Part shown: positions 50,193-60,558 of the stretch, piece by piece | Numbering within the stretch: position 1 is the stretch's first letter | Layout: the number at the start of each line of letters is the position of its first letter | DNA from: Thermofilaceae archaeon | GTDB lineage: Archaea; Thermoproteota; Thermoprotei; Thermofilales; Thermofilaceae | Reading direction: 5' to 3' | DNA: 64,000 bases | Assembly: GCA_038861545.1 (NCBI GenBank) | Contig: JAWCCZ010000001.1 | Location: 416,001 to 480,000, forward strand | Program-made: the position numbers and the translations under genes | The notes under the pieces: model-generated | The model's input: the letters and a program-made list of their open reading frames with translations, nothing else | The model's database searches: none | Told to the model about the DNA's origin: nothing

Positions 50193-51524
50193 TTAGATCG
50201 GTTTAACATACCCCCATTTCTCGAGAGCTCTTGCTAGTTCCTTATGACTCTGAGCGTACTCGTCTAGAGGTATACTCTGCATCGCAGCGTCGATGGCTTG
50301 CCTGACAGCCATAGCCCCGGCCGTCGGGCCGTCTGGGTGTCCCACAACTCCACCACCGACTTGGACCACTATATCGGAGCCCATGACCCGGATCACCTCG
50401 GGCAGTGTGCCTGGGTGCAAACCGCCTGAAGCCACTGGGATCGCTGGTTTCAAGTGATAGAAAGGCTGTTCTAAGTGGAGCACATCCTCCGGCTCTGGTT
50501 CGTATATTTGATCCCTCAGTACTCGAGCGTTTCTGAGTACATCGATAGTTTTCGCTTCAAGTTTACCTACTTCAGGTGTCCCCACGTGTAGCTGATCGAC
50601 ACCGATTACCCGTAACAGCTTAGCAAGCACGAACATAGATATCCCGTGGTACTGGTTTCTAGTGAAAGCTGCATGCATAGCCCTGTGAGCGTGTATAGCT
50701 AAACCGTAATCCGCGGCTAGATCCCGCACAAAGGTAAGTGCGGACCAACCGGTTACCACCACGTCGACCATTACGTACGGATTACCGTAGTCGGCTACCA
50801 GCTTTAACCTGCGTTCCATTTCCCTAACATCCGCCGTAATGTTAGCAAACCACGCTTTCCTTTCACCAGTTTCATTTTCCGCCTTATCTATAGCTCTCAT
50901 TATCGCGTGAGTGCGTTCCTCGAATCGGCAGTACTTAGGTCCAGCTAAGTTTTCATCGTCTTTAACATAGTCAAGCCCCCCTATTAACAGAGCATAAGCT
51001 AGCTTTTCAACTTCATCGGGCGAATAGCCTACCTTCGGCTTTGGTACCGTACCTGCTAGCGGTCTATCCCTTACACCCATTATTTCTTGAACCCCCCATA
51101 AACCTCTGTGAGGTCCTTTAAAGTGTTCGAGAAACACTTTAGGAAAGTATATGTCCTCAAGCCTTAAGCCTTTAACCCTCCTCATTCCGAACACGTTACC
51201 AGCCACAGAGGCAAGGAAAGCCGGTATGTTGGTTTCCTCAAAAAGCTCGAGTGGGTATGCGACTCTAAGAGCGTAACTGCCGTCTCCGAGCGGTTGAATA
51301 AGGTAGGCTTTCCCCATTAACTTGTTTAAGCGGGCGGCATCGTACCAGGCGTAAAGGGTGGTCCACGTGCCCGTACTGCTCTCAGCCGCTACTCCACCTG
51401 CAGCGTCCTCTGCGGTGAACCCCTCGGCAGGTGTGAACCGAAAAGAGACTATTACGTCGGTTCGCGGATCGGGTTGATACCCTATTTTTACGAACTCGGG
51501 ATATGGTTCAAACTCAACTGGCAT
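50193..51524 (-). CDS. rbcL: ribulose-bisphosphate carboxylase, form III
   Basis: AAESSTGTW, KPKVG, DYVKDDEN, HRAMH, VGKLE loop 6, SGGLHPG all present; start at MPVEFE. Confidence 0.95.
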   Translation of the reverse strand: MPVEFEPYPEFVKIGYQPDPRTDVIVSFRFTPAEGFTAEDAAGGVAAESSTGTWTTLYAWYDAARLNKLMGKAYLIQPLGDGSYALRVAYPLELFEETNIPAFLASVAGNVFGMRRVKGLRLEDIYFPKVFLEHFKGPHRGLWGVQEIMGVRDRPLAGTVPKPKVGYSPDEVEKLAYALLIGGLDYVKDDENLAGPKYCRFEERTHAIMRAIDKAENETGERKAWFANITADVREMERRLKLVADYGNPYVMVDVVVTGWSALTFVRDLAADYGLAIHAHRAMHAAFTRNQYHGISMFVLAKLLRVIGVDQLHVGTPEVGKLEAKTIDVLRNARVLRDQIYEPEPEDVLHLEQPFYHLKPAIPVASGGLHPGTLPEVIRVMGSDIVVQVGGGVVGHPDGPTAGAMAVRQAIDAAMQSIPLDEYAQSHKELARALEKWGYVKPI

Positions 51525-51707
51525 CCAAATGCTATGCCGGGCAAATACTTTAGGATAGCGCTTAAACAACCAGCTACTCTCGCTTGCTGTGTATTTTACC
51601 GAGCAGCTCGGCACGCTTATACCCAGGCCCTTTATCCGTCAACGTAGGCTTAGCGTTCCTAAGAACGCGGAGTTGCTCAAAGGGGTGAGTCGCCTATGTT
51701 CTTCCCC

Positions 51708-53135
51708 TCATACCTGTGGGGGTTTACCTCCAACTTTACTCCAAAGCTTACTTAAGACCCTGTCAAGATCCTTCAGTTTATCTACTTCGAGGGTCAACGG
51801 TTCATGTTCTCTGAGTATTCTCTGAACTTCACAGTGAGCCCAATCCAATAGATCCCCAGTTTTCTTTCCGGTTATCGGCTCGGTATCCCACACATTTGGA
51901 ACGTGGATTTCTCTTCTGACAGCAGCTAGCGTGCTCCTGTGAGCCATAAAGTTACCCCGCTTTGCGAGCACAACTTCTCTGATCAAGTCTACATCTCCGG
52001 GTGAGATGGGGAAGCCCCTAGCTAAGCGTAAAGCAATCCCGCATATCTCGTTATCCAGTACAAGCTTCTCCATCGACTGAATACTCTCATAGCCAAGCAT
52101 TCCGGGACCTGAGACGATGTCGAAGCCTGCAAGCGCTGCAAGCGTGGCGGTGTAGGCCGCCTCAGCTCCAGCTTGGTAGTTGGCCGCCTTAGCATCGGCG
52201 AGCCCCATATACGTGTGACAAGGCAGTTGCACGTATTTAGCCATATCCCTGTAGGATAGGCTTACTAGCGTCGCTTCAGGGGCGGTGATCATTGGGGTTC
52301 CGAAACGCGGGTGTATCACGGTAGGAGAGCCCCCGTAAATTACCTTGGCCTTGGTCGATGCTAACTGGGCTATAACAACCGCGCTGAGGACTTCTGCGTG
52401 GTGCTGTGCAAGGGCCCCGTACACTGTAGCGGGGGCGTTAGCTCCAAGCCCAGGCATAGCTACTATTTCAGCTGGTGCACCTAACCGCGCTAGGTCGACT
52501 AAGTTCCTAGAAGTGATGGCGCTCCAGGATAAGGGAGGAGAAGGACATACATCAAATATAGCGAACGGTCTCTCACGATAGTCTGCGCGGACGGCAGCTA
52601 ACATTTCTACCATTAGGGGCAAGTTCTCGATTGTGAAAGCACCGGTTACTACGGGTTTTGAAGAGTATTTTAAAACCACATAAAGCCGCACGGCATCGCT
52701 TACCTCAACTGGGACGTCGCCCGGTACAAGGGCCGTGCTCTGTCCTCTGATGTACTCGAGCGCGTCTACCAGTTTAACGAAATTTCTTAGATCGCTAAGG
52801 GTAGGCATCCTAGGTTCAGTCGAACTATAGTCGAGGATCTTCACGGCAGCGGATCCAGGGTTAAACACTTTTGCCTCTTCACCCAGTCTCGCAGCTAGGC
52901 GCCCCTCTCTATCGTAAAGGGGAAAGCTTTTCGGCGTTTTTAAGAGTGCCTCTTTAACAAGTTCTTCACATACTAGGATTCTTCCACCTCTAGCTTCGCA
53001 TCCAGCCTCTAGCAGAATCTTCTCAACCGTTTTATCTTCAAAATAAATGCCTATTTCAGATAGAAGGTGAAGCGCTGCCGCATGTATTTGCTCAGTTTCC
53101 TCACCTGACAGGACCGTGAAGACGGGCTTCGGCAC
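51708..53135 (-). CDS. mttB: trimethylamine methyltransferase superfamily protein (MttB, non-pyrrolysine)
   Basis: IH.AA...L.E.G, SPPL, APATV.G...Q..AE.L, QAG.E, EKLV.DNE; no in-frame TAG. Confidence 0.88.
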   Translation of the reverse strand: MPKPVFTVLSGEETEQIHAAALHLLSEIGIYFEDKTVEKILLEAGCEARGGRILVCEELVKEALLKTPKSFPLYDREGRLAARLGEEAKVFNPGSAAVKILDYSSTEPRMPTLSDLRNFVKLVDALEYIRGQSTALVPGDVPVEVSDAVRLYVVLKYSSKPVVTGAFTIENLPLMVEMLAAVRADYRERPFAIFDVCPSPPLSWSAITSRNLVDLARLGAPAEIVAMPGLGANAPATVYGALAQHHAEVLSAVVIAQLASTKAKVIYGGSPTVIHPRFGTPMITAPEATLVSLSYRDMAKYVQLPCHTYMGLADAKAANYQAGAEAAYTATLAALAGFDIVSGPGMLGYESIQSMEKLVLDNEICGIALRLARGFPISPGDVDLIREVVLAKRGNFMAHRSTLAAVRREIHVPNVWDTEPITGKKTGDLLDWAHCEVQRILREHEPLTLEVDKLKDLDRVLSKLWSKVGGKPPQV

Positions 53136-53278
53136 AGCGTGTTCGCTTAACTACTGGTAAAAAGCTTTACCTGTTATGCTGAATTTAAAGATTAAATTAA
53201 GGAATTCTCCTTTAAAGTACTAAGAGAAGGGTAAATGCAAACTGAAAGGTGAACTGGTTCAGTCCTGTATATTTTTCA

Positions 53279-56200
53279 TTAAGTGCTAGATGCTGCACGG
53301 TTGATGTATCTGGCTTTCTCCTCTCCAGCTAGTGATGTCCAGAGGAGTAGCTGTTTTCTAAGGTCGTCAAAGAAGTATGGCGTTGAGCTGTGCCAGGTAA
53401 TCCTAGAACCCCCGAGTAACTTAGCCGTTACGCCAATAATGTACTTCTTGCCTGGTTGTTCAATGATATGTATCGATACAGCTTGCTCAGTTCCGCTCTC
53501 CACTGGGGTTACCAGTACTTTTATCTTCAATTCTAAGCTTGAAGCATCTACACCCCCCGTCTCTATTACTCGAAAGCTGGGTTTGTAGGATCCGACTCCC
53601 TCATAATACTCTCGAAGGTACTCCAGCAAGCCTAAAGCCTCGCTCCTCGATGTAAGCCTAAGCGGGAAAACAATCTCCCATAAATCTCCACGCGGCTTCG
53701 TGGGAGGTTTCCAAACTCTTTCCAAAGATGGGGTTATAAGCTGCGAAGCCTTGAGTGCCGGATATAGGGCCGAAACTAAGCATACTGATACAACTGCTAT
53801 TAGAGCCAGTATCACCGCCGCGGATGCATAGTTAAACACATAGGTCTCCGGTAGAAGGCCTGTACATATGAAGTACCAAGAGAACGTCCAGCCCAGCACA
53901 TAACCAATAAACGCGCTGAGAAGCCCATAGACTAGGAACTCCACTATAAACATTAACGATGCACCGCGAGGAGAAAGTCCGACAGCGGAGAACACTAACA
54001 TTTCCCTTGATCTTTCATAAACAGCCGCTAGCAGCGTCACTACAATGCTTATTGATCCCAGCGCAAGGAGTGGGATTACGAATTCCCATCCGAAAAGCGC
54101 GTAACTGAAAACCCTGCTCACCGTTATAGAGGTACCGTTACTGTGGAGAGAAACTCCGGCGTCCAGTGCATAACACGCCTTACGTGCTAAGTCGATCATC
54201 ACATCAAAGGAGGAGTTTCCCATTATAACTCCAACACTGTTAACGAAACCTCCCAACTTCAGTGCAAGTAAGTCAGTAGCTATGAGCACCCGATCCCAAG
54301 CGAGGGTATTCAGGCTTATTTGGCCTCCCCCGATCGTAAAGCCGTAGAGCGTGGGCGAGTACGTTGGGTCAAGTGGTATGTACGAGTACCCATCTGGATC
54401 ACTGGGGAGCCTCTGCAGCTCCTCCTCGTTGAGGATTCCAACAACAGTTAGCTTAAACCCTGAGTATTCTACTTCGTCTCCCACAGTTACTCCGAGTAAT
54501 CGAGCCTGCTTAGTAGTTAACAGGCAGGCATACATCTGATAGGGGTGAAATACTGATCCGTTAACTACTGCGTGGGATAATATCCTATCGGCTTCAAGGA
54601 AGTTTAAACCTAACACGCCTTGAACTACAGCATAACCGTCTCTACCAACGATAAGCCCATAGGGCCCAAGTTTATTCACCGAGACCGGGTAAAGCCATAC
54701 CCTAGGTGTGGAAGCGGATCCGGCTAATCCCTTTAATGCTTCAACGGCCTCGATGCCGAGAACCTCGTGCAGCACTCCGGTTCCCCTCCTTACAACGAGC
54801 CCCTCGTAAGCAGCAGGTCGATGAACCGTTGACACTGATGTGAACACCGCAGGCGAGGTTGATGTTAATGAGACTACTGCTACTGCAACTGTGGTTATTG
54901 ATATAAGGGTTAAAACACTCCTTAAAGGCCTTTTCCGCATATTTTCCAAAGCGGTTGAGATCGACATAAGCGCTGCTGATGTTTCTTCTCCTTTGAACTC
55001 ATGGAAACCCAGCCTGGACGCGGCGAAACTCCTTAAAACATGTGACGTTTCGCTCGAGAATACGGCAAGCACAAGCAATGCGATCATAAGCAGAGAAGTT
55101 CCCAGTACAGACATAGCAGAGTTGGCAAGCACCGTCATCGCTGGGTGTACGAGAGTGAAGACTAGTAGCGCTGTAACACCAACTCCAGTTACCGCCAAGA
55201 TTCTTTTCAATCCTTCGCTATGAACTAGAAGCCTCTCAAGAAGGTATGCTGAAGGCAGCACTATGAACAACATCAACACAGCGGTTCTTGCGGTTTCGTC
55301 GTAAAGGGGCATAACCTCCTCAGCGTAGTACCTTGCTGAGAAGGATAGGGCTAAAAGCGAGTACCTATAAGTCTCTGAGTACTTACGCTCCCTGATCGCG
55401 TTGAGGGCTGCCGAGATGTACCAACTAGCGTTTTTCTCGTAGACCTCAGCGCTTAGCCTCCGTACGCCCCTCGACTTTAGCTGAAAATACCTGTAGTGAG
55501 CGACCCGAAAAGTATCGATCGAGTATGCTAGTGCAGGTGTAGTAATCAATGTAAAACCCGGTTTAACCTGTACCCCTAGTCCCTCGGGGTCATTTTCTGT
55601 AGAGTTAGTTAAAAGTATTAGAGGTCTCAGCTCAAGAGATGGGTTCTCCGGTTTAGCGGCAATGACGATCCTGGAACCTATAGGAGCCGCTACCATAGCT
55701 ACATCGTGCTGAGGAATTAAATAACTGCTCCAATGCATTGGCTCGGCTTTAGTCAATGTATCATACACTTTCACTTCTCCGCCTAAGTTGTACCATACCC
55801 TAACTCCTCCCATTCTAGGATCATCCATCGCTCCTGTTCTGAAAAGCCTTGGTGAAACGATGTCGAAGAGCACGACTATCCCCCCTTTAAACACAGGCAC
55901 GAATACCGGCATAGGATCCTGCAGCGCTCCGACAATGAGCGCTGCCGGCGAGACGCCGTACACACCTTGATCAACCACATACACTGAGTCCCCCTCAACC
56001 TTTATGGCCTCAATCAGCCAGTAGTTCACACCCTGCGGGGATAATCCCACAATCTCCGCTATGCCGTCAGACCTTGTTTTCTTTAAAGTGCAAGCAAAGG
56101 GGTACGTATGCGGGTAGCTCCAAGCTCTGATAACCACGTCCGATACAGGGGTGTACCAGCCTGCGCTGAGGTTGAAGGAAGCCACGCTGATTTTAAACGA

Positions 56201-57721
56201 TACTAGGCCCCAGAGAAGGACACCCGCTGTGCCACCACCGACACCCGTAAATCGGCTGGGCATCGAGCTAGAGCGGCTTAATCCAACCTCTTCTACTGTT
56301 AGCATTTGAAGTATGAGCGCTGCAGCTTGGTACAGCTGGGGGACTATGTAGCTCCATCTAAGCGAGCTGGTGCCGGGTACACCTTCCCAGTTCCGAAAGC
56401 TGAATTGTGTTCTAACGGTGAAACCAATCATGTTAGCAACAACGAAGGGCTCAGTATCCAACAAGTATGGGGTGGCCATAGTGCCTGTCCAACTCCAATC
56501 TGGCCCATCCACTAAATCGACGTCTCTGATGAGCCCCAGTTCCCTGTAAACGCTGATGAGGTTCTCCGGTAATAGTTTTCTTTGGCTCAGGTAAGTGAAT
56601 ATGAAGTCGCTAAGCTGCCTACTAACTAGTTCCTGAACCCGGCTGTACTTAGCCGTGAAGAGAGCTCTTCCTGCGCGATAGAAGTGACCCATGTAGACGA
56701 GCGAAACGCCTGGGAAGTCATCCGAGAAGTCTACACCCACAACATACCATACCACGTTTCTCCCCGAGATCAGATCCGGGTCTAAGGCAAAGCTGTCTGC
56801 CATATGTCTCGCTCCCACTAATCCTTGCCAGTGACCTGAGAGGAAGGCGATCCACAGCGATCGCTCGAAGCGAGTTTGCGCCGCGATTCTCGCTAACTCG
56901 AGCAGGAAGCCAACATTAAGTGCGTCGTGAACACTCCGAGCTAAGGCGGGGACAACCGACCAGGAGTCAATGCTTGCGACAACGAGCACGGCCTCGTCCT
57001 GCTTTCTGCCGGGTACCTTAACCAACAGGTTACTGGCTTCAACTATTTCAAGCGAAATCTGTGAATCAATTACAGCAGTGTAACCTCTCAAAGCACACTC
57101 AATTAATCTCTCAGCATTTTCCCCCTCTACGTACAACCTGACAAACGGGTAGAAAGCATACCATTCAAACTTAGAGTATGCTTCATATCTATCTGCTTCA
57201 CTTGCTCCAATAAATACAACTGCCTTAGCACCGAATTTCGCAGCGTATCTCCAGTTATCCCCGCTGCAGAAGTCCATCACTATAATTGCCCCTTCCACCT
57301 CTCTTCCATCGAAATCTTCCAACCTACCTTCACCAACGTAAACCAGCTTTCCTGTCAAATTACTGTAGTCCCAAGTCCCCACGTGTCCATTCGGCCAAAC
57401 TGCATACGCTTTGAGTTCTATTCCCATTTCCGGAATCCTAATCAGACTTCTCCTATCCATAGGTACTAAAAGGGTAAAATTCTGGAACTCCGGATTTAGC
57501 CCTAGGCTGTTGAGCTGGCTGGCAATATAATCAATAGATGCATAATAACCCTCATAGCCCGTAACCCTAGATCCTAGCTGAGAGAGCACATAAGCGTGCT
57601 CCATAACGGCTTCAGTGCTTAACTGGTCAAGCAGTTGCTCAAGGGTTTTCGGAGCTGGTTGAGCTAGTGTAACCGCACTGAATGCTAGCAACGTGAGGCT
57701 AACTATAGCGTAAAGCCTCAT
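53279..57721 (-). CDS. large membrane protein: PA/M28-like extracellular domain fused to FtsX/MacB-type permease
   Basis: Signal peptide, SRVTGY.G, PA-domain G.LVYVG.G, M28-like DSW..VP, NMRKRPLRS.LT MacB start, ER.RE.....AVGL.P FtsX motif, YPA.KAS. Confidence 0.85.
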   Translation of the reverse strand: MRLYAIVSLTLLAFSAVTLAQPAPKTLEQLLDQLSTEAVMEHAYVLSQLGSRVTGYEGYYASIDYIASQLNSLGLNPEFQNFTLLVPMDRRSLIRIPEMGIELKAYAVWPNGHVGTWDYSNLTGKLVYVGEGRLEDFDGREVEGAIIVMDFCSGDNWRYAAKFGAKAVVFIGASEADRYEAYSKFEWYAFYPFVRLYVEGENAERLIECALRGYTAVIDSQISLEIVEASNLLVKVPGRKQDEAVLVVASIDSWSVVPALARSVHDALNVGFLLELARIAAQTRFERSLWIAFLSGHWQGLVGARHMADSFALDPDLISGRNVVWYVVGVDFSDDFPGVSLVYMGHFYRAGRALFTAKYSRVQELVSRQLSDFIFTYLSQRKLLPENLISVYRELGLIRDVDLVDGPDWSWTGTMATPYLLDTEPFVVANMIGFTVRTQFSFRNWEGVPGTSSLRWSYIVPQLYQAAALILQMLTVEEVGLSRSSSMPSRFTGVGGGTAGVLLWGLVSFKISVASFNLSAGWYTPVSDVVIRAWSYPHTYPFACTLKKTRSDGIAEIVGLSPQGVNYWLIEAIKVEGDSVYVVDQGVYGVSPAALIVGALQDPMPVFVPVFKGGIVVLFDIVSPRLFRTGAMDDPRMGGVRVWYNLGGEVKVYDTLTKAEPMHWSSYLIPQHDVAMVAAPIGSRIVIAAKPENPSLELRPLILLTNSTENDPEGLGVQVKPGFTLITTPALAYSIDTFRVAHYRYFQLKSRGVRRLSAEVYEKNASWYISAALNAIRERKYSETYRYSLLALSFSARYYAEEVMPLYDETARTAVLMLFIVLPSAYLLERLLVHSEGLKRILAVTGVGVTALLVFTLVHPAMTVLANSAMSVLGTSLLMIALLVLAVFSSETSHVLRSFAASRLGFHEFKGEETSAALMSISTALENMRKRPLRSVLTLISITTVAVAVVSLTSTSPAVFTSVSTVHRPAAYEGLVVRRGTGVLHEVLGIEAVEALKGLAGSASTPRVWLYPVSVNKLGPYGLIVGRDGYAVVQGVLGLNFLEADRILSHAVVNGSVFHPYQMYACLLTTKQARLLGVTVGDEVEYSGFKLTVVGILNEEELQRLPSDPDGYSYIPLDPTYSPTLYGFTIGGGQISLNTLAWDRVLIATDLLALKLGGFVNSVGVIMGNSSFDVMIDLARKACYALDAGVSLHSNGTSITVSRVFSYALFGWEFVIPLLALGSISIVVTLLAAVYERSREMLVFSAVGLSPRGASLMFIVEFLVYGLLSAFIGYVLGWTFSWYFICTGLLPETYVFNYASAAVILALIAVVSVCLVSALYPALKASQLITPSLERVWKPPTKPRGDLWEIVFPLRLTSRSEALGLLEYLREYYEGVGSYKPSFRVIETGGVDASSLELKIKVLVTPVESGTEQAVSIHIIEQPGKKYIIGVTAKLLGGSRITWHSSTPYFFDDLRKQLLLWTSLAGEEKARYINRAASST

Positions 57722-57727
57722 TTTATT

Positions 57728-59656
57728 TCACCACGGCCAAAGCCAAGCGGATTTAACAAGCATCAAGCTCACGACGGCTATTGTAGCGGCTAATCCCTCT
57801 CCTAGTAGCACACCAGCCACGGTCACGCTTCTAGCTTTCTCCCATCGTTCTTTAAGGAAACGGCGTAGGACGAATCTGCTTACAGCGGATCCAGCGAATA
57901 AGGGGATCGCGTACGTCGGTGGAGTGGTTATACCTAACATTAAGCCAGCCGATGAAATACCCAGTTTCAAGACTTTTGTAGCTAACTCAATTACGGCAGC
58001 TAAACCAACTGTGCCTATAGCCGATAAAACCAGCAGTTGGGGCGAGATGCGAAGCGCCCTAGTCACCAGTAGTGAGTCGATCATAGCGGACGCCGGCATT
58101 GAAATAATTGTGTTAGGGTATGCGCTGCTCGGTATCGGAGCAATCCTCCAGAAGAAGTCGAGGGATAGAAGGTTTATCATTAATCCTAAGGTGTACGCGA
58201 ACATCCAAACTTTTATTACATCGACCGGCTTAGTGCGGGTCAGTAACGCTACTTTCATCGCCTGCGCACCTCCACCTGCAGCCCCACCAGCAATAACCGG
58301 CGGGTATACAAATGAGGCGTAAGCCTCCTTAGGGGTTAATCCCCCAGTTGGCGTTAGGTAGACGATTGTATGCCATAGGTACGGAGGTGACGAGAAAGAA
58401 GCTCCGCTTTCACCGACTATCGCTGCCGAAATCAACCCCAAGAGAAAACTCATGCCAAGCGACGTCAGCAGCGCAACTATAAGAGGGAAGTTCGGTAAAA
58501 GGTAATGGAATACCGCTACGGATGAGAGCGTTGAGGATAGGAAGCAAGCAAATGCCAGCCGAAGTGGGGGAAATATGCTGTTGTCCTTGGATCCTATCAA
58601 TGAACGGCTTAGAGCCCTAGCCGTTATGGAAAGAGCTTTTCGGTACTTTAGAATCGTTAGTACCGCGAACCCTAACGCAGCCCCGATCTGTATGGGGAGC
58701 CAAACCCTGACTTGAGATCGCTGCAGGACTCTAACTAGGTCCATCCCTCCATAATATTCAGAAACCCATTCCGGGAATAGTTGCCTCAATACAGGGTTTG
58801 TCAAAATTAGCGAGTTTCCAAAGACCCATATGGCGAGCGATATAGCTAGGCTTACTGAGGCAATGCCGAACGGTACTATCATACCAGCTGCCCAGGGCAT
58901 AAGGCTAGTCGCTAAACCCAAAACAGCCCCGGGCAAGATGGAAGAGGTAAGTCTCGTTAAATCGATAAGAGGGAGGGGGATCAACGGGAAGCCGAAGCCT
59001 GAACCAAGGTAGAGGATCGAGCCGTAGGAAAGCCCAACGTACAGGCCAGGAGCTAAGAAGCTAATAGTTTCCCTGAACTTTTCACCGCTCGATACCGCTT
59101 CTACAATGGAAGCATCTACTTGAGCGTAAGGAAAGGGGAGTTTCTGGATTTCGACGAACACATGTGCAGCGATTATGGCTAATGAGAGCTCGGCCAGCAT
59201 AGCCAAGGCTGTGGCAATTGTCCAAGTCACCAAAGGCTTCGCTAAGTCTAAATGGAAGAACGTCCTAAGCCTGTAAGCTGTTGAAGAGAGAGGTGGAGCG
59301 AGCCAGTCTGGCACTACCTCGGGTAGTGGAATGCCCATCAGGCTATAGGATTGAGAAATTGGGCTCTGCATGAAGTACATCCTATAAACAATAAGGTAGT
59401 AGGCGGTTGTCGAGATTCCGGAGACAGATCCGACGCCAACATACAGGACAAAAACCTCCTGGGGCTTTATGTCCGAACCCAGAAGCCTCATAACGTATGC
59501 GAAAAGAACTAGGAGAGCATAAGTTCCAACTAGGCCCAGCGAAACACCCGCGATTAAATTCAAGTAGGTGCTAGCAGGGATAAAAACTAGCGCTGCGATG
59601 ACAACAAAGAGCGCGGTTCTCCATGTGAAACCGCTTTCTAACTCACTTGAGGCCAT
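57728..59656 (-). CDS. OPT-superfamily-like oligopeptide transporter
   Basis: GFTWR N-terminus, LPFP.A, PIPS..YP, GV..GEG C-terminal motif, many TM helices; start at MASSEL. Confidence 0.75.
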   Translation of the reverse strand: MASSELESGFTWRTALFVVIAALVFIPASTYLNLIAGVSLGLVGTYALLVLFAYVMRLLGSDIKPQEVFVLYVGVGSVSGISTTAYYLIVYRMYFMQSPISQSYSLMGIPLPEVVPDWLAPPLSSTAYRLRTFFHLDLAKPLVTWTIATALAMLAELSLAIIAAHVFVEIQKLPFPYAQVDASIVEAVSSGEKFRETISFLAPGLYVGLSYGSILYLGSGFGFPLIPLPLIDLTRLTSSILPGAVLGLATSLMPWAAGMIVPFGIASVSLAISLAIWVFGNSLILTNPVLRQLFPEWVSEYYGGMDLVRVLQRSQVRVWLPIQIGAALGFAVLTILKYRKALSITARALSRSLIGSKDNSIFPPLRLAFACFLSSTLSSVAVFHYLLPNFPLIVALLTSLGMSFLLGLISAAIVGESGASFSSPPYLWHTIVYLTPTGGLTPKEAYASFVYPPVIAGGAAGGGAQAMKVALLTRTKPVDVIKVWMFAYTLGLMINLLSLDFFWRIAPIPSSAYPNTIISMPASAMIDSLLVTRALRISPQLLVLSAIGTVGLAAVIELATKVLKLGISSAGLMLGITTPPTYAIPLFAGSAVSRFVLRRFLKERWEKARSVTVAGVLLGEGLAATIAVVSLMLVKSAWLWPW

Positions 59657-59744
59657 CACTATTATTGTTGGCGAGGTAGGTAAAAACTTCTGCGCACAGG
59701 CTAACGGGAAATTCAAATATAAGGTTGTTAGGCATTTTTCCTAA

Positions 59745-60452
59745 ATGCTACAAGTAAAGTGTTTAGCGGTTGATGTAGACGGCACTCTTACGGATGAGGC
59801 TGGGGAGATTCCAGTGCCAGTTGTGGAGGTTCTCCGACAACTGAGGACTAAAGGTTTCCACGTGATTCTCGTCTCAGGGAATTCTTACTTATCCCTCTAT
59901 GCGCTCAGCCGTTACCTGCCTGTCACGAAGCTGGTCGTAGCGGAGAACGGTGGCGTAATTGGGTACCGCGAAGGTTACACTATTCTCGGTCGGAAGGAGG
60001 ATGGGTTAGAGATTCAAAAACTAGTGGCGGAGAGGTTGACAAACATCCTTGTAGAGAGCTGGCATAACAGGTTCCGCTTCGTCGATATGGCTTTCCATCC
60101 CGCACCCGGCGTGAATGTGAGCGACGCTGTCGCAAAGGCTACCAACGAGCTAAGGCCTCTAGGCTTGGAGGTAGTATACAGTGGATGGGCTATCCACATA
60201 CATAAACTGGGTGTAAATAAGGGAACTGGGTTACTAGAAGTCTGCAAGAGGCTTGAGCTTGAACCATCTGAAATAGTAGCTATCGGCGATAGCAGTGTAG
60301 ATAAACCAATGTTTGAAATTGCAGGGCTTGGGATTGCTCTGGCAAATTCCCCTATAGAGCTTAAGGAAGCCGCGACCTTAGTCACTAAAGAGGGTTACTG
60401 GAAGGGCTTCTTAGAAGCTCTGCATATTTTAGAGAGAAAGGGCTTTCTATAG
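59745..60452 (+). CDS. phosphoglycolate phosphatase (HAD, Cof/TA0175 type)
   Basis: DVDGTLT, SGN, AENGG, NKG, GDS.VD. Confidence 0.9.
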   Translation: MLQVKCLAVDVDGTLTDEAGEIPVPVVEVLRQLRTKGFHVILVSGNSYLSLYALSRYLPVTKLVVAENGGVIGYREGYTILGRKEDGLEIQKLVAERLTNILVESWHNRFRFVDMAFHPAPGVNVSDAVAKATNELRPLGLEVVYSGWAIHIHKLGVNKGTGLLEVCKRLELEPSEIVAIGDSSVDKPMFEIAGLGIALANSPIELKEAATLVTKEGYWKGFLEALHILERKGFL

Positions 60453-60558
60453 CTGAATACATTTTTAAAAATACTTTTAGCTCCAAAAAAATTTGAGTAA
60501 ATTCGTATTTTTACCAAAATAGAAACATTGATAAACTGACTCGGACGGAGTATCGGGA

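Noticed and set aside
50193-51614. RuBisCO-like protein (form IV) or N-terminally extended RuBisCO
   Set aside because: All carboxylase catalytic motifs are present; the 30-aa extension covers the promoter, so the start is probably 51524
51708-53135. Pyrrolysine readthrough in mttB
   Set aside because: ORF is continuous with Ala at the equivalent position; no in-frame TAG
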